NCBI GenBank assembly: GCA_964291675.2
Contig: OZ219866.1
Coordinates: forward strand, 3,040,001-3,104,000
Reading direction: 5' to 3'
DNA from: Alphaproteobacteria bacterium
GTDB lineage: Bacteria; Pseudomonadota; Alphaproteobacteria; MPNO01
DNA length: 64,000 bases
Shown: positions 60,919 through 64,000 of the stretch, in pieces
Layout: each line of letters starts with the position of its first letter
How positions within the stretch are numbered: position 1 is the stretch's first letter
Position numbers and translations under genes: made by a program
The notes under the pieces: generated by a model
What the model was told of the DNA's origin: nothing
Seen by the model: only the letters and a program-made list of their open reading frames with translations
Databases searched by the model: none

Positions 60919-62240
60919 TGACCGGTCGTTCGCTGGCCGCCCGCCTGCCGTTCTATTACGGCTGGGCGGTCGTCGGGATCGCCTTCGTGACCATGTCCGT
61001 CGGGGTCAGCGCGCGGACCTCGTTCTCGCTCCTGTTTCCGCCGATCCTCGACGAGTTCGGCTGGGAGCGCGGCGTGACCGCGGCGGCGTTCTCGGTCGGC
61101 TTCGCCGCCTCGGTGATGCTGGTGCCGACGCTCGGCTTCGTGATGACGCGTTTCGGCCCGCAGGTGATGATCCCGGCCGGCGCGACGATCGCCGCGGCCG
61201 GGCTGCTGCTCGCCACCCTGGCGACGACGCCGGGCGAGTTCTACCTCACCCTCGGCGTCATGACGGTGAGCTTCGCGGTCTCGATGAGCTATGCCGGGCA
61301 TTCGATGTTCCTGCCCAACTGGTTCGTGCGCCGCCGCGGGCTGGCGATCGGTATCGCCTTCTCCGGCGTCGGCGTGGGGGCGATCGTCATCCTGCCCTGG
61401 CTGCAATCGGTGATCGAAGCCGATGGCTGGCGGGTCGCCTGCCTGTCGCTCGCGGCCCTGCTGGTGGCGGTGATCGTCCCGCTCAACCTGCTCGCCCAGC
61501 GCCGGGACCCGGCCTCGGTGGGGCTCGATCCCGACGGCGACGACCGGCAGCCGGGCAGGGGGCGCGCCGCGCGGCCCGAGACGGTGGTCGACCGTCGCTG
61601 GGCGGAGACCGACTGGACGCTCGGCCGCGCCGTCGCCACCGCCCGCTTCTGGTGGGTGACCTGCGCCTACTTCACCGGGCTGTTCGCCTGGTACGCGGTC
61701 CAGGTGCACCAGACCAAATACCTGCTGGATATCGGCTTCGCCCCGGACTTCGCCGCGCTCGCTCTGGGCCTGGTCGGGTTCTGCGGCATCTTCGGCCAGA
61801 TCGGGGTGGGCGGGCTGTCGGACCGCATCGGCCGGGAATGGGCGTGGACGGTGGCGCTGTCGGGCTTCGCGGCCTGCTACCTGCTGCTGCTGGTCGTCGA
61901 GACCCTGCCGTCGCCGCTCCTGGTCTATGCGATCGTCGCCTGCCAGGGCCTGTTCGGCTACGGGCTCGGCGCGCTCTACGGCACGATTGCCGCCGACATC
62001 TATGCCGGGCCGCGCTTCGCCGTGGTGTTCGGCTTCCTCAGCGTCGGCGGCAATCTGGGCGCCGGGGCGGGTCCCTGGCTGACCGGGACGATCTTCGACC
62101 GCGCCGGCAGCTACGCGCCGGCCTTCACGCTCTGCGCCGCGCTCGCGCTGGTCTCGATCTTCTGCATCTGGATGGCGGCGCCGCGCAAGGTACGGCTCGC
62201 CGCCGGCGTCGCCCTCAGCCGTGCGCGGCGGCGGACCTGA
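60918..62240 (+). CDS. MFS transporter
   Basis: FYYGW, NWFVRRRGLA, SDRIGR. Confidence 0.85.
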   Translation: MTGRSLAARLPFYYGWAVVGIAFVTMSVGVSARTSFSLLFPPILDEFGWERGVTAAAFSVGFAASVMLVPTLGFVMTRFGPQVMIPAGATIAAAGLLLATLATTPGEFYLTLGVMTVSFAVSMSYAGHSMFLPNWFVRRRGLAIGIAFSGVGVGAIVILPWLQSVIEADGWRVACLSLAALLVAVIVPLNLLAQRRDPASVGLDPDGDDRQPGRGRAARPETVVDRRWAETDWTLGRAVATARFWWVTCAYFTGLFAWYAVQVHQTKYLLDIGFAPDFAALALGLVGFCGIFGQIGVGGLSDRIGREWAWTVALSGFAACYLLLLVVETLPSPLLVYAIVACQGLFGYGLGALYGTIAADIYAGPRFAVVFGFLSVGGNLGAGAGPWLTGTIFDRAGSYAPAFTLCAALALVSIFCIWMAAPRKVRLAAGVALSRARRRT

Positions 62241-63315
62241 GCCCCATCCGTTCCAGCCGCGGCAGCACCTCGTCGCGGAAATAGGGAAAATGCTTGAGGT
62301 AGTTGGGGAAGCCGAGGGCGAGCGCGCTCACCCCGCCGGCCGACATCAGGCGCATGGTCTCGGCCACCCCATCGGGATCGCCGACGATGGGGAAGCCGCT
62401 ATTGCCGCCGGCCGCGCGCAGCCGGAAGAGCTGCCGCCGGTCCTCCGGGATGCCCGGCCTGTCCCAGCCGCGCTCCACCACCATGGTCTCCACCGCCTCG
62501 GCGTCGCGGTGCTCGACGGCGTAGTGGTGGTGGTAGTCCTCCGCCTCCTTGCGGGTCGGCCGACAGACCACATAGGCGTTGGTGAAGATGCCGACGTCGC
62601 GGCCCAGCGCCCTGGCCTCCGAGCGGATCTCCGCCGACTGGGCGGGCAGGCGGTCGAGGTCCCACACCACGGTGAACAGCATGTCGGCGTTGCGCAGCGC
62701 AAACGCGCGCCCGGTCGGCGACATCGCCGCGCTGACCAGCATCGGGCGGCGCCGGTCCAGCGGCTTGGGCTCCAGCACGGTCGATCGCAGGGTGAAGAAC
62801 TCGCCGTCCAGATCGAACGGCCGGTCCTCGGTCCACACCCGGTTGACGATGTCGAGCCACTCCTGGCCGAGATCGTAGCGCCGGTCATGCGCGCCGAGAT
62901 CGACGCCCAGCATGTCGAACTCCTTCTGGTACCAGCCGCAGACGATGTTGAGCCCGAACCGGCCGCCGCCGATATGGTGGCAGGTAACCATCTGCTTGGC
63001 CGCGAAGACCGGGTTGATCAGCGTCACGTGCAGCGTGCCGAAGGCCATGATGCGCCGGGTCGATGCGAGGATGCCCGCGGCCCAGGTCAGGGTCTCGAAA
63101 TTGGAGCCGTTGTGGTTGGTCTCGCCGCCATAGCCGATCCAGCGTCCGAGCGGCAGCATGAAGTCCATGCCGGCGTCGTCGGCCATGCGGGCGAGCGCGA
63201 GGTTGTTCTCCCAGCTCGCTTCCCAGCGGTCCGGGAAGGTCGAGGTGGCGAGACCGCCCGAGCAATTGGCGCCGAACAGGCCGAGGCTTAGCGTGTTACG
63301 GTTGAGGCCGGTCAT
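62215..63315 (-). CDS. LLM-class flavin-dependent oxidoreductase
   Basis: GGRFGLNIVCGW, RW.GYGG, VGDP. Confidence 0.85.
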   Translation of the reverse strand: MTGLNRNTLSLGLFGANCSGGLATSTFPDRWEASWENNLALARMADDAGMDFMLPLGRWIGYGGETNHNGSNFETLTWAAGILASTRRIMAFGTLHVTLINPVFAAKQMVTCHHIGGGRFGLNIVCGWYQKEFDMLGVDLGAHDRRYDLGQEWLDIVNRVWTEDRPFDLDGEFFTLRSTVLEPKPLDRRRPMLVSAAMSPTGRAFALRNADMLFTVVWDLDRLPAQSAEIRSEARALGRDVGIFTNAYVVCRPTRKEAEDYHHHYAVEHRDAEAVETMVVERGWDRPGIPEDRRQLFRLRAAGGNSGFPIVGDPDGVAETMRLMSAGGVSALALGFPNYLKHFPYFRDEVLPRLERMGLRSAAAHG

Positions 63316-63421
63316 CCCGGCCGGAGCATAGGAACAATCGGCGAGGCTGACGAGGGGCGGCGTTTGTGCCGCGGCGCATCGCGGCGTATATGCCCCGTCG
63401 TCGAAGGGAAGGGAGCGTGAG

Positions 63422-64000
63422 TTGCGCTATGTGAGCACGCGTGGCGAGGCGCCGCCGCTCGGATTCGAGGACGTGCTGCTGAGCGGGCTCGCGCCCGATG
63501 GCGGGCTTTACGTGCCCGAATCCTGGCCCCGCTTCGACGCGCGCACGCTCGCCGGGTTCGCAGCGCTTCCCTATCACGAGGTCGCGGCCCGCCTCGTCGC
63601 CCCGTTCACCGAACCGGACATCGACGAGGCGACGCTGGCCGGGATCGCCGCCGCTTCCTATGCCGGGTTCGACCATCCCGCGGTCGCCCCGCTGGTCCAG
63701 CTCGATTCCGGCGACTGGCTGCTGGAGCTGTTTCACGGCCCGACGCTGGCCTTCAAGGACTACGCCCTGCAGCTTGTCGGCCGGCTGTTCGATCACGCGC
63801 TCGCCAGGCGCGGCGAGCGGGTGACGATCGTCGCCGCGACCTCCGGGGATACCGGGTCGGCGGCGATCGAGGCCTGCCGCGACCGCGCCGGGATCGAGAT
63901 CTTCGTGCTGCACCCGGAAGGGCGGGTGTCCGAGGTTCAGCGCCGCCAGATGACCACGGTCGATGCGGCGAACGTCCACAACATCGCCGTCGAGGGGACC
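63422..64000 (+). CDS. thrC: Threonine synthase (5' part)
   Basis: Manual translation RYVSTRG, GLAPDGGLYVP, LELFHGPTLAFKD, ATSGDTGSAA. Confidence 0.92.
   Translation, partial: MRYVSTRGEAPPLGFEDVLLSGLAPDGGLYVPESWPRFDARTLAGFAALPYHEVAARLVAPFTEPDIDEATLAGIAAASYAGFDHPAVAPLVQLDSGDWLLELFHGPTLAFKDYALQLVGRLFDHALARRGERVTIVAATSGDTGSAAIEACRDRAGIEIFVLHPEGRVSEVQRRQMTTVDAANVHNIAVEGT

Overview
High-GC alphaproteobacterial chromosome segment (Rhodospirillales-like gene order; the FN3 surface protein and hybrid regulator resemble those of marine sponge symbionts, which is inference). Bases ~865-22729 are a decayed ~21.9 kb integrative conjugative element. It has a tyrosine integrase at the left end, an excisionase-like HTH at the right end, scrambled F-type tra remnants, and defence-type cargo: Sir2-HerA with sir2 broken by IS256, AbiJ-like, HEPN-like, trypsin-like and NDT/TIR-like genes. 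The main finding is that this element sits inside the 5' end of a vapC (PIN) toxin gene. 25-bp imperfect direct repeats (848-872 and 22713-22737, 8-bp core CGTGTCCA at the DTN motif) bound it. The Phd/YefM antitoxin and the original toxin start are left at ~22.7 kb and the toxin body is at 467-864. The element supplies an in-frame, same-length replacement N-terminus. The rest of the window is mostly core genome: a molybdenum hydroxylase (cox/xdh-like) cluster containing a second vapC paired with an unusual SeqA-like partner, tRNA-Gln, ppx, rlmE, guaB/guaA, fni, bamB, der, purF, cvpA, radA, mlaFE, alr, dnaB, cfa, an Lpp/OprI-like lipoprotein with an L,D-transpeptidase, ubiX, aromatic catabolism genes, two MFS transporters and thrC. 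All calls come from motif recognition by eye; no database search was run.
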